This document shows positions 1-9,550 of a stretch of 64,000 bases of DNA, piece after piece. The stretch is from an uncultured beta proteobacterium (lineage in GTDB: Bacteria; Pseudomonadota; Gammaproteobacteria; Burkholderiales; Burkholderiaceae), in assembly GCA_963838695.1 (NCBI GenBank), contig CAWIRZ010000048.1, positions 49,053 through 113,052 on the forward strand, in the 5' to 3' direction. Both the position numbers and the translations under genes were made by a program. Within the stretch, counting starts at the first letter, position 1; each line of letters starts with the position of its first letter. Under the pieces are notes generated by a model. It ran no database searches and was not told where the DNA came from. It worked only from the letters and a program-made list of their open reading frames with translations.

Positions 1-1
1 G

Positions 2-391
2 ATTTGCCGGGACGATCATCCGCTCGCCAAGCGACGACGTGTGCGCTGGGAATCGCTGCGCGCATATCCGCTGATTTTCGCGGGGGAAATGAGCGGTAAT
101 CGCGGCCCGCTCGATGGCGCACTCAAGGCCAGCGGCGTGGCATTGCATTCGTTTTATGAAGTGCAGCGCAGCTCGACGGCGCTTGGCCTCGTTGCGGAGG
201 GCCTAGGCGCCGCCGTCGTTCCGAGGCTCGCGATTCAGAAAAACGCTTACCCTATGGTGCGAACGATCGAACTCGTCGAGCCGTCCATCTCACGTACGCT
301 CGTGCTCGTGACCCGAAAGACGGCGCAATTGTCGCCGGCTGCGCGGGCACTCTACGAGATGCTGATCGAGCAGGCGGCACCGGCCCGTTGA
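2..391 (+). CDS. LysR-family transcriptional regulator, C-terminal part (5' end lies outside the window)
   Basis: The frame of ORF 41..391 stays open to the window edge. The tail 'LVLVTRKTAQLSPAARALYEMLIEQ' is typical of the end of a LysR effector-binding domain. Confidence 0.7.
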   Translation: MCRDDHPLAKRRRVRWESLRAYPLIFAGEMSGNRGPLDGALKASGVALHSFYEVQRSSTALGLVAEGLGAAVVPRLAIQKNAYPMVRTIELVEPSISRTLVLVTRKTAQLSPAARALYEMLIEQAAPAR

Positions 392-421
392 GCCGCCTGC
401 GGGCCGAACGTCCGCCGTTCT

Positions 422-1252
422 TCAAAACCGATACGAAACGGCGAGAAACGTGACGATCGGATCGGCCTTGAGTTTCGCTTTGCTGACGGCGAGCAAAGTA
501 CCGTCCGCGGCTTTGATGTCGGTCTCCGCATAGGTCTTCAGCGGCATGTAGGAGACGGACGCATTGATCTGCCAATGCTTGGTGAGTGCGTAGCTGGCTC
601 CGATGTTGATCATCGGGGTCCATGACGACGACGATTTGGCCGAGATGCTGGTCGGCCCAGGCTTGCCGGCACCGGCGGCGAGGATGCTGCCTAGGTTCTC
701 GTTGAGCGATTGCGAGAAGTAGGGATTGAGTCGAAACGAATTGAACCACGTATAAGTCACGCCGACACCGATGAACGGCCGAAATTTCGCCTCGGCCTTG
801 CCGAAGAAATATTGCAGCATCGCGCCGGCGGTCCATTGGCGCACTTTGCCGACGAGTGGGTTGTTCGACGGTGCGCTCAGGTTTTCTTGTCCGAGTGCCC
901 CCGCGGGGCCCGGCGGCTGAATCACGCCAAAGCCGCTGATACGAAACTCGGGCGGCACGCCGCCCATCGTCGTGAGCGCGATGTGATCGGTAAAGAAGTG
1001 GCTGAACGTGAGCCCCAGCGTGTTCGCGTTGTTGACTGCGAGCCCCGTCCCCGCCGATGTGAATGCCGGCGGCAGGCCGAGCGGCCCGTTGATTGGCATC
1101 GGCGCCACGTGAGTCGTCAACGGATCGCTCGAGTATTGCGGCGCGATGTGAAACCAGCCCAACGAGACGACATTGTCCCCCGCTTGCTGCGCGTAGGCGC
1201 TGCTCGATACGCAAGCCGCCACGATCGGTGCGAATAGCTTCCTTGTCCCCAT
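422..1252 (-). CDS. ompW: OmpW-family outer-membrane beta-barrel protein
   Basis: ORF 422..1270. Signal peptide 'MGTRKLFAPIVAACVSSSAYA'. 'SLGWFHIAP' begins the barrel, followed by an alternating beta pattern and the C-terminal 'AVSYRF'. Start placed at ATG 1252. Confidence 0.8.
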   Translation of the reverse strand: MGTRKLFAPIVAACVSSSAYAQQAGDNVVSLGWFHIAPQYSSDPLTTHVAPMPINGPLGLPPAFTSAGTGLAVNNANTLGLTFSHFFTDHIALTTMGGVPPEFRISGFGVIQPPGPAGALGQENLSAPSNNPLVGKVRQWTAGAMLQYFFGKAEAKFRPFIGVGVTYTWFNSFRLNPYFSQSLNENLGSILAAGAGKPGPTSISAKSSSSWTPMINIGASYALTKHWQINASVSYMPLKTYAETDIKAADGTLLAVSKAKLKADPIVTFLAVSYRF

Positions 1253-1285
1253 GTCTTCGGTTCCTGGCACGTGTTCGTTATTTGG

Positions 1286-2539
1286 TCACTGCACGAAAGC
1301 GCTGACGGCGAAATACGGTGCGTTTGGATCCGACGTATCGAGGTATCCGATCGTGCCGCCCGTAAAAATCATCTTTCCGGTGGGCTTCGTTCCGGTTGCG
1401 CCTTTCGTTGTCGTCACGAGGCCCGGGAGCACTTGCGTGTAATCCAGATTGAGCGCGGTCGCGAGCGAGGCTTGCGATGCATTGAACGGATCGAGCATCG
1501 TCGCTTGCGCATTTGTGAGCGCCGTCGTGCGATAGGCGAAATTACTGTCGACGCCGATGTATTCGCCGTTCTGCGTTCCGTTGACGACGGACGTTTGCGG
1601 CGCGAGCATGGCGATACCCGATTCGTCGTCGGCCAGCGGCGTAGCAGGAGGGGCGCCCGGTGGCGAAACAATCGATGGGTTGGCTGCACCCACGCGGATC
1701 AGGATCGGCACGAGCTGGCCGCGAAGCTTCCCGACAATCAAAATGCCTTGCGCCTGCGGGCCGTTGACGGCCTGCGTAGGGGCGACTTGGCCCGTGAAGT
1801 GATCGGTCTCGAACGTCGGTGAATCGGTGCGCGCGACGAAGTTCGTGCCCGATTGCCGGCATTGGCCCGCGTAGATTCCGCTGTTGTCGCATTCCGAGAA
1901 GCTGCCGTCGGCATGGATCGTCATCGCCGAATCGACTGCGACGGGCGCGAAATTTTGCGACGGCACCTTGTGATAGCCGAGCATCGAATACTTGCCGGCG
2001 ATTTCGGCAAGGCTTGTCGATGTTTGCGCGAACGCAATGAACGGGTAGTAGGGGAACGTCGTATCGGGCACGACGCCGACGCCCGCTACGCCCGCGAACT
2101 GGATCTCCGCTCCGGGAATCGTGCCGCCGAGCACGCCTTCGCCGAGGAACACGCGCGCGGGGTTCGACGGATCCAGGCTCGCATTGTTCAATCGAAACGC
2201 ACATTGATTGAGTTTGGCCGTCGGCAGCAGCGTTTCCTGCGTCAACGTACCGGATACGACGTTGTTCGGCGCCGTCGCGCGGGTGGGTAATACGGTGCCT
2301 TTCGTCACGGGTACGGGCGACGCGAGATACGTGATCTTGTACGTCATGGCCGTGGTGTCGAGCTGCACTTGCACGAGTTCGCCCGAACCTGCGCCGCCGG
2401 TGAACACGGTGCCGTAGTCCGTCGTTTGCGGGCACAGCCGGGTCGCGACCGGGGCGGGCGGATCGCCGCCGCCGCTGCCGCCGCAGGCGGAGAGAACAAA
2501 AGCGGCCAGCGCTATCGAGAGCAGACTACGCCAAATCAT
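1286..2539 (-). CDS. putative lipoprotein, paralog A of the 3257..4864 product (unknown function)
   Basis: ORF 1286..2623. Start at ATG 2539 gives the lipobox 'AFVLSAC'. It shares the blocks 'FTGGAGSGE', 'PYYPFIAFAQT' and the C-terminal 'SAFVQ' with the neighbouring 535-aa lipoprotein. Confidence 0.7.
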   Translation of the reverse strand: MIWRSLLSIALAAFVLSACGGSGGGDPPAPVATRLCPQTTDYGTVFTGGAGSGELVQVQLDTTAMTYKITYLASPVPVTKGTVLPTRATAPNNVVSGTLTQETLLPTAKLNQCAFRLNNASLDPSNPARVFLGEGVLGGTIPGAEIQFAGVAGVGVVPDTTFPYYPFIAFAQTSTSLAEIAGKYSMLGYHKVPSQNFAPVAVDSAMTIHADGSFSECDNSGIYAGQCRQSGTNFVARTDSPTFETDHFTGQVAPTQAVNGPQAQGILIVGKLRGQLVPILIRVGAANPSIVSPPGAPPATPLADDESGIAMLAPQTSVVNGTQNGEYIGVDSNFAYRTTALTNAQATMLDPFNASQASLATALNLDYTQVLPGLVTTTKGATGTKPTGKMIFTGGTIGYLDTSDPNAPYFAVSAFVQ

Positions 2540-2696
2540 GAGGAGTCCCGAATAAATAGTTTTAAATGGAAGCCGGCGCTTGCAATGGCGCCGGGGTTGA
2601 CGCTGGGTTGCGATGCACGGCACCGTTTAACCGCGCGCCCGCTCCTCGTGAGGCGGGCGCGTCCAATGCCGCAGCCGGTCGGCCGCGGGGAGTCGA

Positions 2697-3173
2697 TCAG
2701 TGGATCGTCAGGTACGGCGTCGTAGTGAGCGTGCCCGATACGGTGCAGCCGCCCGAGAGGGCTTGGTCCGTCAGGCCGATCGTCGTTTCTTTTTGTGTCG
2801 TGTTCTCCGTGATGCTGGCCGCGATCGTGCTCGGGCCGCAAGCGCCCAAGAGCGTGTTGACCGCGACACCGCTCAACGACAGGCTGGTCGTCGTCAGTAC
2901 ATCCCCCGTCCAGGGCAACTGCAGCGCAGTGATGCCCGTACACAGGGAATTGCCGGCGAACTTGGCCGACGTAATGGAGATGGCGCCGGTACTGCTGACG
3001 CTACCGACCATGTTGGCGGTGCAGCTCACCGAAACGATCCCCTTCTTGAGGGTAGTGGATCCGATCAGGCTGATCGGACCTGCCGGGGAGATCGTCACGG
3101 CGTATGCCGATGCCGAAGCCGCGAGGAACAATGCCATTGCCGCACCTACGGGGATGAGCTTGAAACTCTTCAT
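2697..3173 (-). CDS. small secreted protein with 4 Cys, unknown function (possible PraA/PraB-like, unverified)
   Basis: ORF 2697..3254. ATG 3173 is preceded by GAGAGG. Signal peptide 'MKSFKLIPVGAAMALFLAASASAYA'. The mature part is Ser/Thr/Gly-rich with Cys in 'VSCTA', 'SLCTG', 'GACGP' and 'GGCTV'. Confidence 0.6.
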   Translation of the reverse strand: MKSFKLIPVGAAMALFLAASASAYAVTISPAGPISLIGSTTLKKGIVSVSCTANMVGSVSSTGAISITSAKFAGNSLCTGITALQLPWTGDVLTTTSLSLSGVAVNTLLGACGPSTIAASITENTTQKETTIGLTDQALSGGCTVSGTLTTTPYLTIH

Positions 3174-3256
3174 TTGAGAACCTCTCATCAGGTTAAAGGC
3201 AGGATGTAATGGCGGTCGGTTGGCGCTGCCGACCCCTTCTTGAAGCGGTACCACCC

Positions 3257-4864
3257 CTACTGAACGAACGCGCCAATCGTGAAAAACGGATTCGGTAGGC
3301 CCGTGCCGTTCATCAGCACGGCGAACACGGAACCGACCTTGATCAAATAGCCGGTGTCGCCGGTTTTAAAGACGGTGGCGGTGCCGGAAGCGAAGTTGTT
3401 TTGCGCGGTGACTTTGACGAACCCAGGCCGGCTTTGGGTGAAGTCGAGCGCAAAGTTCGTCGCAGCCGTGGACGTGAACGGGTTCAAGAAAGAGGCGCTT
3501 GTCCCTTGGAAAATCGTCGACGTGTAATTAACGCCGGGGTTTCTCGTCGTCGTATCGTCGAGGCAAGCGCCTTCGAATACGGGGGGCGAAACGGAGGTCG
3601 GGCCGTAGGCGCTCACGATGCCGCACGCGGTGACGCTGTTGGCGCCGATGTACGCGCCCGTCATCGTCGACGGGTCGACGTTTCGTACCGGAGCGAGCAG
3701 CGAAATGCCGAGCTGATCGTCGACCGTTGAATCGGTCAACGTCGCGCCCGAGTGCGCATAGCCGACGCGGATAACGACGGGAATGATTTGCCCGTCGAGC
3801 TCGCCGGCGATCATGATGCCGTGCGCTTGGTCGCCTGCTAGCGGCACCTGCAGCAACCCCGCGCCGAGAGCCGGATAAACGTTGGCGCCAAGCCCCGAGT
3901 CGATGTTCGCCGCACTAGTGAATACGTTGTCTTGCGATCCGTCTGCATTCGTTCGCAGCGTCCAATTGCCGCCGCTCGTCGGGCAAGACGTGTACGACTG
4001 TCCGTTGTCGGGCGTGCATGAGCCGTCGGCATTCATCGTCTCGGTCACTTGCACGCCGTCCGCTTGCCATCCAAGCAAGGTACCGGTCGGGTTTGCGGCT
4101 GTCGTTTGAAGGTCCCCGCCTGACGGGGTGAAGTGGATGCCCAGTTCGTTGTAGTGGCCCGCCACCTTCGAGAAATCCGTAACTGTTTGACTGAATGCGA
4201 CAAACGGGTAGTAGTCGAACGTCTTGCTCGGCACGGTTGCCAGAAATGTCCCGGGTACGACTTCCAGGCCGTCGAACTGCACCGTGGAACCGGGAATGCC
4301 GCCGCCGACGATGCCTTTGCCGACGAAGAGCATCGGGGGATCGTTCGGATTGATCGCGACTTTATAGCTGCCGTCGGCGGTCTGGCCGTTTTCGAGCACG
4401 AAGGCGCAGCGGTTCTGCTCGGCGGTGGGCAGCTTGAGCGGCGTCGTCGCCGCTCCTTGCGCGTTTTGGATCTGGTAAAGATCGGCATTCTGGTAATCGC
4501 CTGTGACCGTGAGGCCGGCGCGCGTCGTGTTGACTTGACCGGCGGAGGTGGGGACCTCCGATTCGATAAACGTCATCTGGTACTGCTTTTTCGACGTGTC
4601 GAATTTGACCTTGATGTACTCGCCGCTGCCCGATCCCCCCGTAAAGGTTGTATTGAAGTCGAGTGAAGCAGGGCAGAGCACGGTCGGATCCGACGGCTGC
4701 GTGGTGGCCCCCGAGCCCGAGCAGACATTGGCCGAGCAGGGCGCGGCGGCGATCGGCGCAGGATTGTCGGATCCGCCGCCGCCGCAGCCGCCCGCGAGGA
4801 GCGCGACGGTCAAAGCCGCGGCTGACGCAGCGAAAATGGATTGAACGCGCGCGGTAGGCGCCAT
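3257..4864 (-). CDS. putative lipoprotein, paralog B (unknown function)
   Basis: ORF 3257..4936. ATG 4864 is preceded by AGGAGA. Lipobox 'LLAGGC'. Shares the blocks 'FTGGSGSGE', 'DYYPFVAFSQT' and the C-terminal 'GAFVQ' with paralog A. Confidence 0.7.
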   Translation of the reverse strand: MAPTARVQSIFAASAAALTVALLAGGCGGGGSDNPAPIAAAPCSANVCSGSGATTQPSDPTVLCPASLDFNTTFTGGSGSGEYIKVKFDTSKKQYQMTFIESEVPTSAGQVNTTRAGLTVTGDYQNADLYQIQNAQGAATTPLKLPTAEQNRCAFVLENGQTADGSYKVAINPNDPPMLFVGKGIVGGGIPGSTVQFDGLEVVPGTFLATVPSKTFDYYPFVAFSQTVTDFSKVAGHYNELGIHFTPSGGDLQTTAANPTGTLLGWQADGVQVTETMNADGSCTPDNGQSYTSCPTSGGNWTLRTNADGSQDNVFTSAANIDSGLGANVYPALGAGLLQVPLAGDQAHGIMIAGELDGQIIPVVIRVGYAHSGATLTDSTVDDQLGISLLAPVRNVDPSTMTGAYIGANSVTACGIVSAYGPTSVSPPVFEGACLDDTTTRNPGVNYTSTIFQGTSASFLNPFTSTAATNFALDFTQSRPGFVKVTAQNNFASGTATVFKTGDTGYLIKVGSVFAVLMNGTGLPNPFFTIGAFVQ

Positions 4865-6024
4865 AGTTTGTCTCCTGTGGACCGATGCTGAGGTCCCGGC
4901 TCGTGCTTCGCAGTCGGCCAAAGTCAGTGCTTCCACGCTCGAGCGGAACGGCGCTGATTCGCCTATCCGGCTTGGAAAAAGGAAGTACTTACTCCGATCC
5001 CTGCGGAGTTCGCGATATGAATGGGTGAACAGTTGCCCCCAATTGGCATATCGAGGGCAGCGGGCGTTACCTTACGGGTGTCTCGCGACCGGTGTAAATA
5101 GAGACGCGGATCCAAACGAATTTTTATAGATTCCTCAATATTTACGCGGGTTTGGGCGATCGTTTAAAACGGCCAATGACGAGAGATTTCACCGGCTTCT
5201 TATGCAGACCGAGTGAATCTTTTCGAGATGTGGCGGGAAACCGCTTGAACTCTTGAACTGCACCGTCCGGCTGCTCCAGAAAGCCGTCATTCGATGCGGA
5301 TAAGCGCGGTGGGTGCGGGCTGGCGTAGGAATCACGAAAAACAGCCGATAAATGCGAGCAGGTCGGCCAGAACGATCGCGAAGCACGTTACGCATTCGGG
5401 ATGAATGCAGTGCATGTGCACTCGCCGCAAAAAGCGGCAGCACCGACTCATAAGTACAGGCGAGCCGGAATAAAATTGATGGTTAATGTATTTAGCGAGC
5501 GTTCAATAGACTTGGCGGGAGGGCGCGCGAACGGATGTGTATCGCGGATAGAATCGTTGTACTTTGCGCCGCAATAAAATTGCGACAACTCATATGCGTG
5601 CGAAAAATCCGACTCTGTGATGCCTCCTTGCGGCGTGGACTGCCGCAGCGGCAGCGGACGCCACGGCGTCCGGCTTACGCCGCCGGCAGGGCAACCCTCA
5701 AGGTGTGTTTCGAAGCCGGTCGTCGGTGAGCGAGATGCCCGACGACCTTGCCGGCTATGACGTCGCTATCCGCGCCGTCGGCGCGACCGACATGGCCTTC
5801 TTTGATGATCGCGCACATGGAGACGAGCAACGCGAACACGATGCTCCAAAGTGCACAGTAGCCGACGATTTTCATGGGCGGACACTCAAACGGTCGAACC
5901 ATCGTTCGCGCGCGCAAACGATTGCGGTGGCCCGTTTATAGCACGGATGTGTGACAACTAATCTGCGCCGATGCTTAGGTGTCCGATCTATTGGGAGCAG
6001 GAAGCGCTTCGTCTGCCGGGAGAC

Positions 6025-6654
6025 TCAGCGCAGTTGCGCGGCCGCAACCAACAGCACCATGCTGCCGATCGCGCCGTCCAGCATGCGCCATGCAAGCGCC
6101 TTACGGAACAACGGGGCGAGCAACCGGGCGCCATAACCGAGCGACACGAACCAAAGCGTGCTGATCGTCATCGCGCCGACGGCGAACGCCGTCCTTGCGC
6201 CATCTGGCTCGCGAGCCCCGGCGGTGCCGATGAGTAAAAGAACGTCGACGTAGACATGCGGATTGAGCCAGGTGAAGGCCAAGGTCATTAGGATCACTGA
6301 CCAATTGGTTTGCCCGGTTGTCGAAGGCACCGCGCCTGGGTCGCCGCCTACTTCCATGACGGCATGGCCTGGACGCCAGGCACGCCTGAGCGTCGATAGC
6401 CCGAACCAAGCGAGATAGGCGAGCCCCCCGTACAAGACGACTTCCACGAGACGTGGGTAGCGCAGCGCTAGCGCGGAGGCGCCTCCCACGCCGGCCGCGA
6501 TGAGCAAGTAATCCGAAATCGTGCAAAGAATCACGATCTTGCCGACGTGCGAGCGCATGATGCCCTGACGAAGCACGAAGGCATTTTGCGCGCCGATCGT
6601 GACGATGAGCGAGGCGCACAGCGCCGCGCCGTGCGAATAGGCGGTCCAGTTCAT
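6025..6654 (-). CDS. argO: LysE/ArgO-family basic amino-acid exporter
   Basis: 209-aa polytopic membrane protein. 'GAQNAFVLRQG' and 'NPHVYVDVLLLIG' are LysE-family hallmarks. Divergent from an ArgP-type regulator. Confidence 0.85.
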   Translation of the reverse strand: MNWTAYSHGAALCASLIVTIGAQNAFVLRQGIMRSHVGKIVILCTISDYLLIAAGVGGASALALRYPRLVEVVLYGGLAYLAWFGLSTLRRAWRPGHAVMEVGGDPGAVPSTTGQTNWSVILMTLAFTWLNPHVYVDVLLLIGTAGAREPDGARTAFAVGAMTISTLWFVSLGYGARLLAPLFRKALAWRMLDGAIGSMVLLVAAAQLR

Positions 6655-6751
6655 GATGGAGCGGGTAGACGATGTGAATGAATGACGTTAGTCTGCATAC
6701 GGAATGCATCTAAGAACAGCTAATTCGGCTAAGGCCGATTAAGGAGCGCTA

Positions 6752-7648
6752 ATGATCGACTATGCCTTGCTCGATGCGCTCGCGGCGGTGGTGCGCCACG
6801 GCTCGTTCGACCGGGCCGCGAGCGAACTGAACGTCACGGCATCGGCCGTTTCGCAGCGCGTCAAGCTGCTCGAGGAGCGGGTGGGCAGCGTGCTCGTGAA
6901 GCGCGGGCAGCCGTGCGTGGCGACCGCATCGGGCGCGCTGCTGTGTCGTCATACCGAGCGTGTGCGGCTGCTCGAGGCACAGCTCGCGGACGACATGCCG
7001 TCGATGGCGGGCAGCCTGCTGGGGCAGTCGTGGCCGACCTTGCGCGTGGCCGTCAACGACGATAGCGTCGGCACCTGGTTCGTCGATGCGGTGGCGCAGT
7101 TTTGTGCGGAGCGACGCATGCTGCTGGATCTGGTAATCGACGACCAGGACTACACCGCTCAACGAATTCGCGATGGCAGCGTGCAAGGCGCGGTGACGAC
7201 GCAGGCCGAGCCCGTGCAAGGGTGTCGATCGGTCCGGCTCGGGCGAATGCGCTACTTGGCCGTATGCTCGCCGTCGTTCTTCGCTCGTTATTTCGGGGCA
7301 GGGGTGAACCGCGAAGCGCTGCGACGCGCGCCTTGCGTGGTTTTCAATCCGAAGGATGCGTTACAAGCGCGGTTCATGCGTCGCTTGACGCGCGCGGAAA
7401 TCGAGCCGCCGCAGCATTGGCTCCCGCATGTCGGGGGCTACTTGCGCGCGTGCGCGACGGGGCTTGGCTGGGGCATGTGCCCGACGCAGATGATCGGCGA
7501 GATGGTGGCGCGCGGCGAACTGGTGGAATTGGCCCCTGGCCGCCACCTCGACATCGATCTGTATTGGCAGAGTTGGCGGCTTTCGATCGGCTGGCTCGAT
7601 GAATTCAGTGCCGTCTTGAAGCAGCGCGCCGGGGAATTTCTCGATTAA
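6752..7648 (+). CDS. argP: ArgP/IciA (LysG-type) LysR-family regulator
   Basis: 'MIDYALLDALAAVVRHGSFDRAASELNVTASAVSQRVKLLEERVG' is an ArgP-type HTH. AAGGAG SD upstream. Divergent from argO. Confidence 0.85.
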   Translation: MIDYALLDALAAVVRHGSFDRAASELNVTASAVSQRVKLLEERVGSVLVKRGQPCVATASGALLCRHTERVRLLEAQLADDMPSMAGSLLGQSWPTLRVAVNDDSVGTWFVDAVAQFCAERRMLLDLVIDDQDYTAQRIRDGSVQGAVTTQAEPVQGCRSVRLGRMRYLAVCSPSFFARYFGAGVNREALRRAPCVVFNPKDALQARFMRRLTRAEIEPPQHWLPHVGGYLRACATGLGWGMCPTQMIGEMVARGELVELAPGRHLDIDLYWQSWRLSIGWLDEFSAVLKQRAGEFLD

Positions 7649-7849
7649 CAGCGACGCATAAGTCGGTTACGGTAAACCCTCGGAATCCGATCCATTTCGC
7701 GCATTGCATTTATGTTCTGGCAACATAGCGTGTTTGTCTAATCGGGGAACGTTGCGCATGGACGCAACCGGCAACCCAACCGGCGCTCGAGCGCCGAGAA
7801 GTAGCGGTTCTCCGTGCTTTTCCCAACTACTGCGAGTAGCGCATTTCTT

Positions 7850-8425
7850 ATGGTTTTGAACGTCGAAAGTGCCCGCCAAGCTGCGGATTTAGGCAGCAAG
7901 ATTCGAGCGCTGCGGCATCGGTTGCATAAAACGTTGGACGAAACCGCAACGGTGGCTGGCATCTCGAAGCCTTTTTTGTCGCAAGTCGAACGCGGTCTTG
8001 CCACCCCATCGCTGACGTCCCTGGCCGGTATTGCGGCCGCGCTTGGGGTCACACTGCAATACTTCGTCGATACGCCGAGCGAAGAGCGTTCCGTACGCCG
8101 GTCGGGACAGTTGCGGTTTTTCAGCTTCGCCGATTCGACGGATCTGTTTGCCCGCTTGACGAATTCCTCGGTCGGCAGCCAACTCGAGAGCATCCTGGTT
8201 CGGCTACCCGCCGGCCAGCCATCGACGGCGGAAGTGACCACCCACGCGGGCGAGGAGTTCGTCTACGTGATTTCGGGAGAAATGTCGCTGACGCTCGAAG
8301 GCAAGACGTTCGTGCTTTACGCGGGCGATAGCGCGCACTACGAATCGACGGTGCCGCACAGCTGGGCGAACACGGGTGATATTGAAACGACGCTCGTCTG
8401 GGTGGGCACGCCGCGGCTCTTTTAA
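7850..8425 (+). CDS. XRE-family HTH regulator with C-terminal cupin domain
   Basis: 'LGSKIRALRHRLHKTLDETATVAGISKPFLSQVERG' is the HTH_3 part. 'HAGEEFVYVISGEM...GDSAHYESTVPHSW' is the cupin part. The start could also be 7814. Confidence 0.8.
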   Translation: MVLNVESARQAADLGSKIRALRHRLHKTLDETATVAGISKPFLSQVERGLATPSLTSLAGIAAALGVTLQYFVDTPSEERSVRRSGQLRFFSFADSTDLFARLTNSSVGSQLESILVRLPAGQPSTAEVTTHAGEEFVYVISGEMSLTLEGKTFVLYAGDSAHYESTVPHSWANTGDIETTLVWVGTPRLF

Positions 8426-8480
8426 CGAGGACCGTGCGACCGGAGTGGCGTCTATCGATATGACGCCTTTCGCCGGATCG

Positions 8481-8523
8481 GGGATTACACGGGCATTACG
8501 CGGGCATTACACGGGCATTCGAC
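8481..8523. repeat. about 4 tandem copies of an 11-nt unit (GGGCATTACRC)
   Basis: Read directly: gggattacac / gggcattacgc / gggcattacac / gggcattcgac. Lies in the convergent intergenic region. Confidence 0.8.
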
Positions 8524-8566
8524 GTTAGAGCTTACGCGCTAGAGCTTAGCCGTTTAGCACCGGATG

Positions 8567-9403
8567 CTATGCGTGGCCGATTCGTTCCATGAGTGCCATC
8601 GCCGCGTCCGGATTGCTCGCCTTGTAGCCGCTGATCACATAGAGATAGACATCGCGCGCCGTCGGCTCTGGTGCGGTTGCGTCGGCCCGCTGTAGATCGT
8701 CGGGTTGCGCGCCTGCTGCCCACTGCTTCGCGCGCATGGCCCACGCGTCCAGCGCTTGCTCCGAATAGCCCAGCGATTGCCCTTCGACCGTTCCCATGAT
8801 GCGCGCATAGACGAACGGGGCGGTGACGTCCGCAATTTGCGGATAATCGCTATCGCCCGCGATGACGACGGCCACGCCGTGTTCGCGGACGAGTGAGATG
8901 AACTCGGCGTGGCGGAAGCTCGCGTGCCGTACTTCTACGGCATGGCGGATGGCGCGTCCGTCTATGCGTTTGGGTAGCAGCCGCAAGAACCCGTCGAAGT
9001 CTTCGGCATCGAACTGCTTGGTCGGCGCGAATTGCCAGTTGATCGGGCCTAGCTTGTCCTTTAATGCGAGCACACCGCTCGAAAAAAAGCGTTCGACGGA
9101 ATCGCCGGCTTCCGCCAGGACGCGCCGATGGGTGGCGAACCGCGGCGCTTTCAATGCGAAAACGAAGTCGTCGGGGGTTTCGTCATGCCACTTCTCGAAG
9201 CTTGTCGCGCGTTGGGTGCCGTAGAACGTGCCGTTGATTTCGATCGACGTCAGCTTGCGGCTGGCGTATTCGAGTTCGCGCTTTTGCGTTAGGTCGCTGG
9301 GATAGAAACGCCCACGCCACGGTTCGTAGGTCCAGCCGCCGATACCGATGCGAATCCGCGCAGTGAGATTTTCCTTTTTCCGGGAACGAGGCGTAGCGGT
9401 CAT
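8567..9403 (-). CDS. DUF72 (YecE-like) family protein
   Basis: 'IRIGIGGWTYEPWRGRFYP' and 'TFYGTQRATSFEKWHDETPDDFVFALKAPR' are DUF72 signatures. ATG 9403 is preceded by GGAG. Confidence 0.85.
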   Translation of the reverse strand: MTATPRSRKKENLTARIRIGIGGWTYEPWRGRFYPSDLTQKRELEYASRKLTSIEINGTFYGTQRATSFEKWHDETPDDFVFALKAPRFATHRRVLAEAGDSVERFFSSGVLALKDKLGPINWQFAPTKQFDAEDFDGFLRLLPKRIDGRAIRHAVEVRHASFRHAEFISLVREHGVAVVIAGDSDYPQIADVTAPFVYARIMGTVEGQSLGYSEQALDAWAMRAKQWAAGAQPDDLQRADATAPEPTARDVYLYVISGYKASNPDAAMALMERIGHA

Positions 9404-9550
9404 CGTGACTCCGTTCGTGGTTAGTTGGATTCGACGGCTCCAGTGAGCAACGCTTATCAAGCCCCGGCAACCTCTACCGGCCGACCGGGGCGTGCGAAAG
9501 ACATCGAGCGGTGTAACGACGACAGCCTCGGCAAGCGCGCCGTCCGCCGT

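Noticed and set aside
5675-5917. 80-aa ORF with one hydrophobic helix in the AT-rich 4.9-6.0 kb gap
   Set aside because: It has no SD and no family resemblance, and it overlaps another equally weak ORF. The evidence is insufficient to call a gene.
8481-8523. The short tandem repeats (also 28391-28411, 38533-52 and 50493-565), considered as possible CRISPR or VNTR arrays
   Set aside because: The units are only 5-11 nt with no spacers, and no cas genes are present, so these are not CRISPR. They are recorded only as simple repeats.
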